A DNA stretch of 37,078 bases from Planctomycetia bacterium (GTDB lineage: Bacteria > Planctomycetota > Planctomycetia > Pirellulales > UBA1268). The DNA lies in assembly GCA_009926295.1 (NCBI GenBank), contig RFPF01000003.1:1-37078 (forward strand), in the 5' to 3' direction. Shown piece after piece: positions 19,401-27,215 of this stretch (position 1 is the stretch's first letter; every line of letters starts with the position of its first letter). The translations under genes were made by a program, and so were the position numbers. The notes beneath the pieces are model-generated. The model was not told the DNA's origin. It did no database searches and worked only from the letters and a program-made list of their open reading frames with translations.

Positions 19401-20616
19401 GGCGATCTACAACGACGCCAACGGCATGGTTGCCGGCAACAACCCGTTCCAGGTGGTGTTTCTCAACGACGAGCGCCGCGAGCGCTACCTCGGGGCCCTT
19501 CGGGCCATGGCCGATCGCCGCACCGACATCCCCGCCGTGCCCCGGATGGTGTTCGACGGCAACGAGGCGGCCGATCCCGCGGGCAACCCGCTGCTGCGCG
19601 AACTCCTCGCCACGAATACCGTCCACGGACGCGAGTTGACGGCGCCCCTGGCGTGGCTCGGTGACGCGATCGCGATCAAGGATCCCACCGCGGCCATCTT
19701 CCGCCGCCAGGGAGGCGCCAACATGCTCGTGGTCGGTCAGCGCGAGGATCTCGGCACCGCTCTGCTGGCGATGTCGATCGTGAGCCTCGCCGCCGGGCAC
19801 GACCCGCACCCGGGCGGGGGCACCGGACGCCCGGCGCGGTTCGTGCTCTTCGAGCCGGCGATCGCCGAGGAGAAGCCGGAGATCATGCTCGCGTCGCTCG
19901 CCGGGAACCTGCCGCACGACGTCGAGGTGGTGGGGCGGCTCGGCGTCCCCGACGCCATGGAGCGGGTCGCGGCCGAGGTGCGACGGCGCGTCGATGGCCA
20001 GGTGCTCGACGGCGAGGCGGTGTTCGTGGTGATCCGCGACCTGGCCCGCTTTCGCGAGCTCCGCAAGGCCGACGACGGCTTCGGCTTCTCTTTCGGATCG
20101 GAGAAGAAGGTTGGGCCGGCACAGCACTTCCTCGACATCCTCAAGGACGGCCCCACCGTCGGCATCCACGTGCTCCTGTGGTGCGATTCGCTCACGAACC
20201 TGATGCGCACCTTCGAGCGGGGCGCCCTCAAGGAGTTCGAACTCCGCGTGCTCTTCCAGATGAGCGGCTCCGACTCCAGCCAGCTCATCGACAATCCGCT
20301 CGCGAGCAAGCTGGGGCCGCAGCGGGCCCTGTTCATCCACGAGGAGACGGGCACCTTCGAGAAGTTCCGCCCCTACGCCTTCCCGAGCCCCGCGTGGCTC
20401 GCCGGCCTGTCGGCCCGGCTCCGCGAGCGGCCGCAGGGCACGCCGGGAGAGCGACCGGCCGCGGCCGCATCCCCGCAGCCGCCGCCATCGGCTGCTGCGG
20501 AGCAGGGCGAGACGTTCGACTTCGGCTTCGGCGGCGCGGAGGGCGAGTTCAACTTCACGAAGTTCCTCGACGATCCGCCGAATCCCGGTGCCGACCCGAT
20601 CCCGCCTGCGCCTTAG
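16444..20616 (+). CDS. Membrane-anchored FtsK/SpoIIIE-family ATPase, EccC/EssC-like (T7SS-type)
   Basis: N-terminal coiled coil, two TM helices (~17130-17300), coiled coil, degenerate RecA-like domain (FTIIDP...SGARCGVY), intact domain HVLIAGKTGSGKS / YLIDFKKGVEF / LLIIDEFQ / QGRAFGMHVLLGSQ, and a third degenerate domain (NMLVVG...DGPTVGIHV). Confidence 0.9.
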   Translation: MAEAPAEPAPDTPYDRDVLRAQMATLRSEAAARAKLENEIAAEHEAERTAAQADSDQKLAATREKYAREIDATRREYETVLQKVAAQAAAEQKKLDEQRKGFAATILRTCAAQEKQLKDDDQFEDSTFRDTWKDKRKEPNQRHARAEKELTRTLAQLDEADHKSLQALAGWRITPPPEPGDQASLDSSAPLESSPPAGDVLAQLERLRAEIVEAAAALCGLATARTAFSGGTLGAAIVLPIVAALAAAAATFFLVPGDMQLRSIVAGTVALLVAGLGAGLSVVLVGRLRKRARAEAVDLRARLGGEITRARRLHAAGLQFIKARRDDQARELEERFNREVAERAAVLQAKLAEAVARKDKQSAELEAKYHAKVAEIARKRDSSKQAAEAKYPPRLAALETGCREDLARLESAKVERLAAADARRDQRWREMTDRWREARTSTAAVYEEVSRIDAEAFRGWEALADEATPLPVACPQGLRFGTQSLTLEKVPGGVSPHAELNAFGPVSWTQPALVPFPRHASLLIKTTADQKETASAMMQALMLRIASGIPAGQSRFTIIDPLGLGKQFAGFMHLADHDELLVTSRIWTEPQQIEQRLADITEQMEVVIQKYLRNEYESIGDYNADAEVPEPYRFVAVANFPANFTETSARRLASIAASGARCGVYLVLSVDTKAALPSDFSLADVEKHSTTLVLKDGTFTWTDPEFSRWPLTVEQAPSDEVFTQIIQRVGKAAKAAKRVEVPFDRVAPKEEDWWKGSTASEVLAPLGPAGAKKLQYLKLGKGTSQHVLIAGKTGSGKSTLMHAMITSLALQYSPNEIQFYLIDFKKGVEFKLYDHYKLPHARVIAIESEREFGLSVLEQLDRELKRRGDLFRDLAVQDVAGFRATGHADPMPRILLIIDEFQEIFVEDDKLAQEAALILDRLVRQGRAFGMHVLLGSQTLGGSYSLPRATMGQMAVRVALQCNEADSSLILSEDNTAARLLTRPGEAIYNDANGMVAGNNPFQVVFLNDERRERYLGALRAMADRRTDIPAVPRMVFDGNEAADPAGNPLLRELLATNTVHGRELTAPLAWLGDAIAIKDPTAAIFRRQGGANMLVVGQREDLGTALLAMSIVSLAAGHDPHPGGGTGRPARFVLFEPAIAEEKPEIMLASLAGNLPHDVEVVGRLGVPDAMERVAAEVRRRVDGQVLDGEAVFVVIRDLARFRELRKADDGFGFSFGSEKKVGPAQHFLDILKDGPTVGIHVLLWCDSLTNLMRTFERGALKEFELRVLFQMSGSDSSQLIDNPLASKLGPQRALFIHEETGTFEKFRPYAFPSPAWLAGLSARLRERPQGTPGERPAAAASPQPPPSAAAEQGETFDFGFGGAEGEFNFTKFLDDPPNPGADPIPPAP

Positions 20617-20658
20617 GCCGGGATCGAGCCCGCTGCATCGTGGCCCCGCGCGGCGGCA

Positions 20659-21975
20659 TCAGCGCCGCAGCGTGTCGCTCGTGAGATGCCCGAAGAGCGT
20701 TTCGCGACCCCGCAGCACGTAGAACTTGAGCGGACCGAGGTTGTCCTCGCGGGCCTTGTCGAGCACGTACACCACGTTGTCGCCGGTGATCGTCTCCCAC
20801 ACGTGCAGGCCCACGAGGATGTCCCCGGCCCGAATGCCCTGCTCCGTCGCCGGACCGTCGTCCCGAACCTCGCGAACGAGCAGCCCGCCGCGGTATCGCG
20901 ACTGCAGCTTCTGCACCCTGGCAAGTGGCACAGCCTCCACCCGCAGGCCGAGCTCGAGCCAGCACCGCTCCTCGACGGTGAGCGACAGGTCGCGGGCGGC
21001 CGCCAGCGGCAGGTCGAGTCGCTCCTCGGCGCCGGCCCGCAGGACCGTCACCGGCACGCTGTCGCCCGCCTTACGGCCGAGTAACGCCCGCTCGAGGTCG
21101 AGCTGGCTCGCGACGGGCAGGTCGCACACCCGTGTGATCACGTCGCCGGCCTTCACGCCGATCGTCTCCGCGGGACTCTCCCCGTGGACGGCCTCGACGA
21201 CGACACCTCGTTGGCCGTCTCCCCTGCCGACGATGCCATGCCACGTACGGTCGACCCGCTCCACCGAGAGCAGTTCCGTCACCACGGCGAGCGCCTTGTC
21301 GATCGGGATCGCGAATCCGATACCCTGAGCCCCGGCACGAACCGCCACGTTGATCCCGATCATCTCCCCGTTGATGTTGAGGAGCGGCCCGCCGGAATTG
21401 CCGGGATTGATGCTGGCATCGGTCTGGATGAGGTCGTCGTAGCGTTGCGTCCGGCTCACCTCGACGTCGCGGTGGAGAGCCGAGATGATGCCGCGCGTCA
21501 CCGTGTGCTCGTAGCCGAACGCGTTGCCCAGGGCGAGCACCGTCTCGCCGATCATGAGGTCGCTCGACGTCCCGATCGTGATCACCGGGAGCGGGGCGTC
21601 GGCCGCGACTTTGATCACCGCGAGGTCGGTTCGCGGATCGTGCGAGACGAGCGTCGCCGACACCGTCCTGCCGGATGCGAGCGTGACCTCGATCCGCCGC
21701 ACCCCCTCGACAACGTGGTAGTTTGTCACCACGTACCCGCGGGGGTCGATCACGACCCCCGTGCCCATGCCGTTGACCTTCCGCTGCTCGGCGCCGGGGT
21801 CATCCTCACCGGCCGGGACGAACTTCTGGCCGTGGATGTTCACGACCGAGTCCCGCGTCGACTCGATGGCCCGGACGATGGCGGTGCGCCGCGACTCGAC
21901 CGCGGCCGCCGGGCGGATGAGCGCGGCGCCGCACGCGATGGCCGCGACCACGGCGAAGAACCGCGTACACCGCAT
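20659..21975 (-). CDS. HtrA/DegP-like trypsin serine protease with two PDZ domains
   Basis: Signal peptide; TNYHVV (His), DLAVIK (Asp), TDASINPGNSGGPL (Ser); two PDZ-like repeats (SPAETIGVKAGD, GPATEQGIRAGD). Confidence 0.93.
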   Translation of the reverse strand: MRCTRFFAVVAAIACGAALIRPAAAVESRRTAIVRAIESTRDSVVNIHGQKFVPAGEDDPGAEQRKVNGMGTGVVIDPRGYVVTNYHVVEGVRRIEVTLASGRTVSATLVSHDPRTDLAVIKVAADAPLPVITIGTSSDLMIGETVLALGNAFGYEHTVTRGIISALHRDVEVSRTQRYDDLIQTDASINPGNSGGPLLNINGEMIGINVAVRAGAQGIGFAIPIDKALAVVTELLSVERVDRTWHGIVGRGDGQRGVVVEAVHGESPAETIGVKAGDVITRVCDLPVASQLDLERALLGRKAGDSVPVTVLRAGAEERLDLPLAAARDLSLTVEERCWLELGLRVEAVPLARVQKLQSRYRGGLLVREVRDDGPATEQGIRAGDILVGLHVWETITGDNVVYVLDKAREDNLGPLKFYVLRGRETLFGHLTSDTLRR

Positions 21976-22182
21976 GTGGCTGTTGTCCCGTGACGATCCC
22001 GGCCCCGACCGCGCTCCCGGGGCGGCCCCGACCGGCCGCTCGCACCGCCGCGCAGCGTCCTGCCGTGGAGGTTGGATCGGACGACGGCGTCCGCCTATTC
22101 ACCGCCGCCGCCGCGGCCCGATACAGTTTTCCAGCCGCGTTCGCGGCACCCTTTCCGGTGGGGGGTGCGGATCGAAACGCCG

Positions 22183-23394
22183 TCAATCCCTGCCGCCCGG
22201 GCCAGATTTCCTCACGCTCCCGCCCGGGGCGGGCGGTGCGATCAGGAGGGGCAGGAGCTGCAGCGCGAGAAACAGCCCCAGCACGGAGAGCACCAGCGTT
22301 GGCCAGGCGGCGGCGATCCGCTCCCCGAGGCCCCATCCCGCCTCCCGGGCGACTCCGCCGAGCAGCGTCGCGACGAGCAGCACGAACAACCCCGCGAGCA
22401 CGATCCCGCACCCCAGCGACGCCATCGTCCCCTTGAAGGTGCCGATCTCTGAGAATTCCTCCTGGTGGAGGTCGATGCTCCGGCCGCGGGCCACGCTGCG
22501 AGGAACGGTCTCGGCGATCTCGATCGCCCGCGCGGCGTCATCCCAGCCCGCGGGGGCCACCGCCCCGCCGGACCGGCCGTCGTCCGCGACGACGGCGAGG
22601 ATCGCGGCGCCGCGATCGAATGCGACCCGTTCGGCCGGGCCCGGCCCCGACCAGGTCCACTCGGCGGCAGGTCCGCCGGGAATCTCGACGGTCCGGCTCG
22701 CCCTCGAGCCCACGAGCGTGATCGTGAGATCGTCGGCATCCCCCCGAACCACCCGCCATGTGACGGGCAGTGCGGCGCCGCCGGTGAATCCCACGGCCAG
22801 CGTCGCCCACGCGCTGGCTGGATCGGCGCCACCGAGCGTCGAGAGCCTCCGCGGATCGCCCGCGAGGGTGCGGACGAGGTCCGCGTCACGGGCCAGGTGC
22901 AGGAGAACGCTGTCCCGGCTGCGGTCGGCAAGCCGCCGCGTCATCTCCACCGTTTCCAGGACGCCGAGCGGGCCGCCCCCGGCGAGGGACGCCTCGATCT
23001 CGGCACGGAGCCGGCTCACGAAAGGATGCAATCGATCCGGCAGGAACGGCACGAGCCGGGCGCCGGAGTCCTTGCGGATCATGTCGAGTTCGTAGGCCCA
23101 GAGCATGGAGAGTTCGAGCGGCTGAGAGAGCACGAGCGTCCGCCCCGCCTGCACGAGCTTCCTGACGGCCTCCGACCGCGACTCCCCCCAGCCCTCCCCG
23201 CCGACCAACACCACGTCGCCGGCTGCCGCATCCATCAACGCCTCCCACGGCACCGTGCGGACCGTCGGCGGCACGACCCCTCCGGCCGCCCCCGCGGCCA
23301 CGTCGCAGGCAGCCGCGAGCTCGTCGCCCCGGGCGAGCGCAGCCCGCAGCACGGCCGCCACCTGCGCGTCGATCCCGAGCACCGCGATTTTCAT
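22183..23394 (-). CDS. Gfo/Idh/MocA-like (probably degenerate) protein with two C-terminal TM helices
   Basis: Begins MKIAVLGID (Rossmann-like beta1 without GxGxxG); DVVLVG, LVQAGRTLVLSQP, WDDAARAIEIAE...SVARGRSI; then hydrophobic GCGIVLAGLFVLLV and LVLSVLGLFLALQLL. Start set at ATG 23394. Confidence 0.72.
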   Translation of the reverse strand: MKIAVLGIDAQVAAVLRAALARGDELAAACDVAAGAAGGVVPPTVRTVPWEALMDAAAGDVVLVGGEGWGESRSEAVRKLVQAGRTLVLSQPLELSMLWAYELDMIRKDSGARLVPFLPDRLHPFVSRLRAEIEASLAGGGPLGVLETVEMTRRLADRSRDSVLLHLARDADLVRTLAGDPRRLSTLGGADPASAWATLAVGFTGGAALPVTWRVVRGDADDLTITLVGSRASRTVEIPGGPAAEWTWSGPGPAERVAFDRGAAILAVVADDGRSGGAVAPAGWDDAARAIEIAETVPRSVARGRSIDLHQEEFSEIGTFKGTMASLGCGIVLAGLFVLLVATLLGGVAREAGWGLGERIAAAWPTLVLSVLGLFLALQLLPLLIAPPAPGGSVRKSGPGGRD

Positions 23395-23458
23395 CGCCCC
23401 ATTGTTGGCGGGGCGGCCCCACTTGACCAGCCGGCCGCGACGCGACGACGATCGGTGC

Positions 23459-24655
23459 ATGCATGCCGAAGTCATCGCCATCGGCGACGAACTGACGACG
23501 GGCCAGCGGCTCGACACGAACAGCCAGTGGATCTCGCGGGAACTGGCGGTGATCGGGATCCCGACGTCGTTCCACACCACCACGACCGATTCGCTCGACG
23601 ACGGGGTGGCTGTGTTCCGGGCCGCCATCGAGCGGGCCGACCTCGTGATTGCCACCGGCGGCCTCGGCCCGACGGCCGACGACCTCACCCGCGACGTGCT
23701 CGCGCTGGTCGCCCACGAGCCACTCGAACTCCGCACCGACGCGCTCGCCGCGGTGGAATCGCGGTTCTCGCGCCGCGCGGTGCCGATGCCGGAGAGCAAC
23801 CGTCGCCAGGCGCTCTTTCCGCGCACGAGCCGCGTGATCCCGAATCCAGACGGGACCGCCCCGGGGATCGACATCGAGATTCCCCGGCTGACGACCGGCA
23901 CGAGTCGCGTCTTCGCCCTCCCCGGCGTCCCGGCGGAAATGAAGGTGATGTGGTCCGGCACGGTCCTGCCCGCGCTCGCTTCCTGCCGCCCCGGCGGTGG
24001 CACGATCCTCTTCCGGCGAATCAAGTGCTTCGGCGCCGGCGAGAGCGCGATCGAGGCGCTCCTGCCCGACCTCATCCGCCGGGGCCGCGACCCGCTCGTG
24101 GGCATCACCGCACACGAGGCCACGATCACGCTGCGCATCGCGGCCCGGGGCCGCGACGAGGCCGCCTGCCGGGCCCGGATCGAGCCCACGGAGGACCTGA
24201 TCCGCGCGACGCTCGGCGGCCTCGTATTCGGCGTCGACGATGATGAACTCGAGGATGCGGCCCTCGCCGCGCTTACCCGCTCCGGCGGCTCGCTGGCCAC
24301 GGCAGAGATCGCCACCCGCGGGCGGGTGGCCACCCTCGCCTCGGAGGCCGCCGCCCGGTCCCCTTCGGCGTGCCTGCGCGGGAGCCTGGTTCTTCCCGAC
24401 CACGATGCGGCAACCGCGGTCGCCCTCGCCGAGCGAGCCCGGCGCGAGACGGGGGCGACCCACGGCCTCGGCATCGGTCAGGTGGGGGTGGTCGACGGCG
24501 TGGAGCAGGTGGGTATCGCGCTCGTCGGGCCGCACGGCACCCGCGTGGAGGAGCATCGGCTCGGCGGCGCCGGCACCGTGAGGCTCGCCCGTGCCGCGAA
24601 GACGGCGCTCGACCTCGTGCGCAAGAGCGTACAATCGGGCGGCCCCGCCTCATGA
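23459..24655 (+). CDS. cinA: CinA family protein (molybdopterin-binding-like domain plus degenerate PncC domain)
   Basis: AEVIAIGDELTTGQRLDTN, ATGGLGPTADDLT, NRRQA, NPDGTAPG, LPGVPAEM, GAGES. C-terminal domain reads AEIATRG instead of AESCTGG. Confidence 0.88.
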   Translation: MHAEVIAIGDELTTGQRLDTNSQWISRELAVIGIPTSFHTTTTDSLDDGVAVFRAAIERADLVIATGGLGPTADDLTRDVLALVAHEPLELRTDALAAVESRFSRRAVPMPESNRRQALFPRTSRVIPNPDGTAPGIDIEIPRLTTGTSRVFALPGVPAEMKVMWSGTVLPALASCRPGGGTILFRRIKCFGAGESAIEALLPDLIRRGRDPLVGITAHEATITLRIAARGRDEAACRARIEPTEDLIRATLGGLVFGVDDDELEDAALAALTRSGGSLATAEIATRGRVATLASEAAARSPSACLRGSLVLPDHDAATAVALAERARRETGATHGLGIGQVGVVDGVEQVGIALVGPHGTRVEEHRLGGAGTVRLARAAKTALDLVRKSVQSGGPAS

Positions 24656-25770
24656 ACACGCCCATCGCGACGTCCGCCGCCTCCCGACGCACCCTCGTTC
24701 TGGCGATCGGGCTGGCGGTCCTCGTCGGCATGATCGCCTGGCCCTCTTTCGTGGCCCGGATCCACTACGCCCGCACCCGCGCCGAACTGGCCGCCATCCG
24801 TGACGCCGCCATCGGCGCGGAACTCGCCCCCGTCGGCAAACTGTTCACGACGCTCGCCCGCGTGATCGGGCCAGCCGTCGTCAACGTGACGTCGAGACGT
24901 CGCGTGCTCACGCTGGCCGACGAGATCGCCGCCCTCGCCGGCGCGGTGCCCCAGGGCGTGAACGACGAGTCGGTGGGATCGGGCGTGATCATCGAGTCGG
25001 ACGGCACCATCATCACCAACTACCACGTCGTCGCCCGCAGCGACGAGATCGACGTCGCGTTGGCCGACGGCAGGCGGTTCCAGGCGCGGCTGGTCGGCGC
25101 CGACGCCGCGACCGATCTGGCAGTGCTCACGATAGACGCCGGTGGCCTGCCGAAGGCCGAGTGGGGAGACAGCGACTCGGTGCAGGTCGGCGAGATGGTC
25201 TGGGCGATCGGCAATCCTTTCGGCCTCGACCGCACGCTGACCTACGGAATCGTGAGCGCGGTCGGCCGTCGCGGGGTGATCGAGAATCCGCTCCAGGAAT
25301 TCCTTCAGACCGACGCCGCGATCAACCCGGGCAATTCCGGCGGGCCGCTCGTGGACGTGCATGGCCGCGTGATGGGAATCACCACGGCGATCGTGGGGAA
25401 GGACTACACGGGCATCGGCTTCGCCATCCCGAGCAACACCGCCCACCGCGTCGCCGACGAGATCCGCCGCACCGGGCACGTGGAGAGGGGATACCTCGGC
25501 ATGGCGCTGCAGGCGCGGGCTCCAACGCTGCCGGGCGGATCCAGCGCGATGGTGGCGGCGGTCGAGCCGCATTCGCCGGCGGCACTCGCGGGCATCGCCC
25601 CCGGCGACATCGTCACGGCGTTCGACGGCGAGGAGATCCGCGACCCCGCCGCCCTCGTGCTCCTGCTGACCCGCACCGAGGTGGGGAAGGAGGTGCCGAT
25701 CGACGTGCAGCGCGGCTCCGAATCGCTCTCGCTGTCGGTGCGAGTCGGTCGCCGGCCCCGTGAAGGATGA
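24652..25770 (+). CDS. HtrA-like serine protease, N-terminal TM anchor, one PDZ
   Basis: TM helix, GSGVII, TNYHVV, DLAVL, TDAAINPGNSGGPL, GYLG PDZ. ATGA overlap with cinA. Confidence 0.92.
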   Translation: MNTPIATSAASRRTLVLAIGLAVLVGMIAWPSFVARIHYARTRAELAAIRDAAIGAELAPVGKLFTTLARVIGPAVVNVTSRRRVLTLADEIAALAGAVPQGVNDESVGSGVIIESDGTIITNYHVVARSDEIDVALADGRRFQARLVGADAATDLAVLTIDAGGLPKAEWGDSDSVQVGEMVWAIGNPFGLDRTLTYGIVSAVGRRGVIENPLQEFLQTDAAINPGNSGGPLVDVHGRVMGITTAIVGKDYTGIGFAIPSNTAHRVADEIRRTGHVERGYLGMALQARAPTLPGGSSAMVAAVEPHSPAALAGIAPGDIVTAFDGEEIRDPAALVLLLTRTEVGKEVPIDVQRGSESLSLSVRVGRRPREG

Positions 25771-25783
25771 GGACCGGCCGCCC

Positions 25784-26719
25784 ATGGAAAGAGAGTTCGT
25801 GGCCGACCTGCTCGCGAGGATCCCCGCGGACCCCCGGCTGGAGGTGCCGCCAGGCGACGACGCCGCCGTGCTCCGCCCTCCGGCCCGGGCCCGCACCGTC
25901 GTCACCGTCGACATGCTGATGGAGGGCACGGACTTCATCCTCGGGCCCGACTGCCAACCCGCCGCCGTCGGCCACAAGGCACTCGGCGTGAGCCTGAGCG
26001 ACCTCGCGGCGATGGGGGCCCGGCCCGAGGCGGCGTTCGTGGCGGTGGCGTTGCCCCGACGCGGGGGCAACGCGATCGGACGCGGCATCGCCGACGGCAT
26101 CGCCGCCCTCGCCTCGGTGCACGGCGTCGCACTCGCCGGCGGCGACACGAACGCGTGGGACGGCCCGCTCGTCGTCAGCACGACGCTCCTCGGAAGCGTC
26201 GCTCCGGGCCGGGCCTGGCGCCGCGACGGTGCCAGGCCCGGCGACCTGATCGTCGTCACCGGCGCCTTCGGCGGCAGCCTGCTCGGCCGCCACCTGCGGG
26301 TCGTGCCGCGGATCCGCGAAGCGCTCGCGATCGCGGCTCGCTACGAGGTGCACGCGGCCATCGACTGCAGCGACGGCCTTGCCCTCGATCTCGCCCGGAT
26401 GATGGCGGCCAGCGGCACGCGGGGAGTCGTCAGGACGGCCGCCGTTCCGATCCACGCCGACGCCCGTCGGCTCGCCGATCGCGACGGGCGCTCCCCGCTC
26501 GACCACGCCCTCGGCGACGGCGAGGATTTCGAACTCATCCTCGCCCTGCCCCCCGACGCCGCGGAGGCGCTCGCAGCCGCGGCGGGCCAGCCCCCGCTCG
26601 ACCTCGCGATCACGGCGATCGGCACGGTCGAGGAGGGCGCCGGACTCGTCGCGGAGGCTCCCGACGGCAGCCGCACGCCGCTCGAGCCACAGGGATACGT
26701 CCATGGCTTCGATTCCTGA
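25784..26719 (+). CDS. thiL: Thiamine-monophosphate kinase
   Basis: GDDAAVL, VDMLMEGTDF, GHKALGVSLSDLAAMGA, GGDT, IDCSDGL, GEDFEL, GYVH. Confidence 0.93.
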   Translation: MEREFVADLLARIPADPRLEVPPGDDAAVLRPPARARTVVTVDMLMEGTDFILGPDCQPAAVGHKALGVSLSDLAAMGARPEAAFVAVALPRRGGNAIGRGIADGIAALASVHGVALAGGDTNAWDGPLVVSTTLLGSVAPGRAWRRDGARPGDLIVVTGAFGGSLLGRHLRVVPRIREALAIAARYEVHAAIDCSDGLALDLARMMAASGTRGVVRTAAVPIHADARRLADRDGRSPLDHALGDGEDFELILALPPDAAEALAAAAGQPPLDLAITAIGTVEEGAGLVAEAPDGSRTPLEPQGYVHGFDS

Positions 26720-27215
26720 CGGCCCGCGCGCGGTGGCCGTCGCCGTCGACGACGAGGACGAACTCTCCCGCCTCGCGGGGCGGATGGCCGCCGCGCTGCC
26801 GGAGCGGGCATTCGTCACCCTCGAGGGCGACCTCGGCGCCGGCAAGACGACGCTCGTGAAGGCCATCGCTGCTGCGTCGGGAGGCGATCCGTGCGAGGTC
26901 GTCAGCCCCACGTTCGGGCTCATCCACGTGCACGAGTTCCCGCGCGGACGCATCGTACACGCCGACTTCCATCGCCTCGCGTCCGCCGCGGAGCTCCGTG
27001 AGACCGGCTGGGAGGACGCGGTCGCGACGCCGCCCGGCTGCGGCTGCTGGGTGTTCGTCGAATGGCCCGGACGGATCGTGGAATCCCTTCCCGCCGCCCG
27101 GCTCGACGTCGCGATCGCGATCGATTCTGAGCGCGGCCGAACGCTCGCGTTCACGGCCCGGTCGCCGGCGTACGACTCACTGGTGGACTCGCTGCGGAAT
27201 TGGCCGCGAGCGTGA
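26703..27215 (+). CDS. tsaE: tRNA t6A biosynthesis ATPase TsaE
   Basis: LEGDLGAGKTT, VSPTFGL, HADFHRL, VEW; follows thiL. Confidence 0.92.
   Translation: MASIPDGPRAVAVAVDDEDELSRLAGRMAAALPERAFVTLEGDLGAGKTTLVKAIAAASGGDPCEVVSPTFGLIHVHEFPRGRIVHADFHRLASAAELRETGWEDAVATPPGCGCWVFVEWPGRIVESLPAARLDVAIAIDSERGRTLAFTARSPAYDSLVDSLRNWPRA

Noticed and set aside
17020-20340. 1106-aa minus-strand ORF
   Set aside because: Antisense shadow of the FtsK-like gene caused by high GC3; no recognisable motifs.
16444-20616. Calling this the chromosome-segregation DNA translocase FtsK
   Set aside because: No recognisable FtsK alpha or gamma (winged-helix) domain; it has multiple RecA-like domains and adjacent WXG100 genes.
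20659-21975. Protease as a mycosin equivalent of the T7SS-like operon
   Set aside because: It is a trypsin-fold HtrA on the opposite strand, not a subtilisin; no evidence of linkage beyond adjacency.
23395-24474. Long N-terminal extensions given by the ORF track (also 11671-12045, 29449-30303, 32984-33673, 35229-35501, 36874-37026)
   Set aside because: They overlap neighbouring genes or intergenic elements; homology motifs and RBS/promoter signals begin at downstream ATGs.
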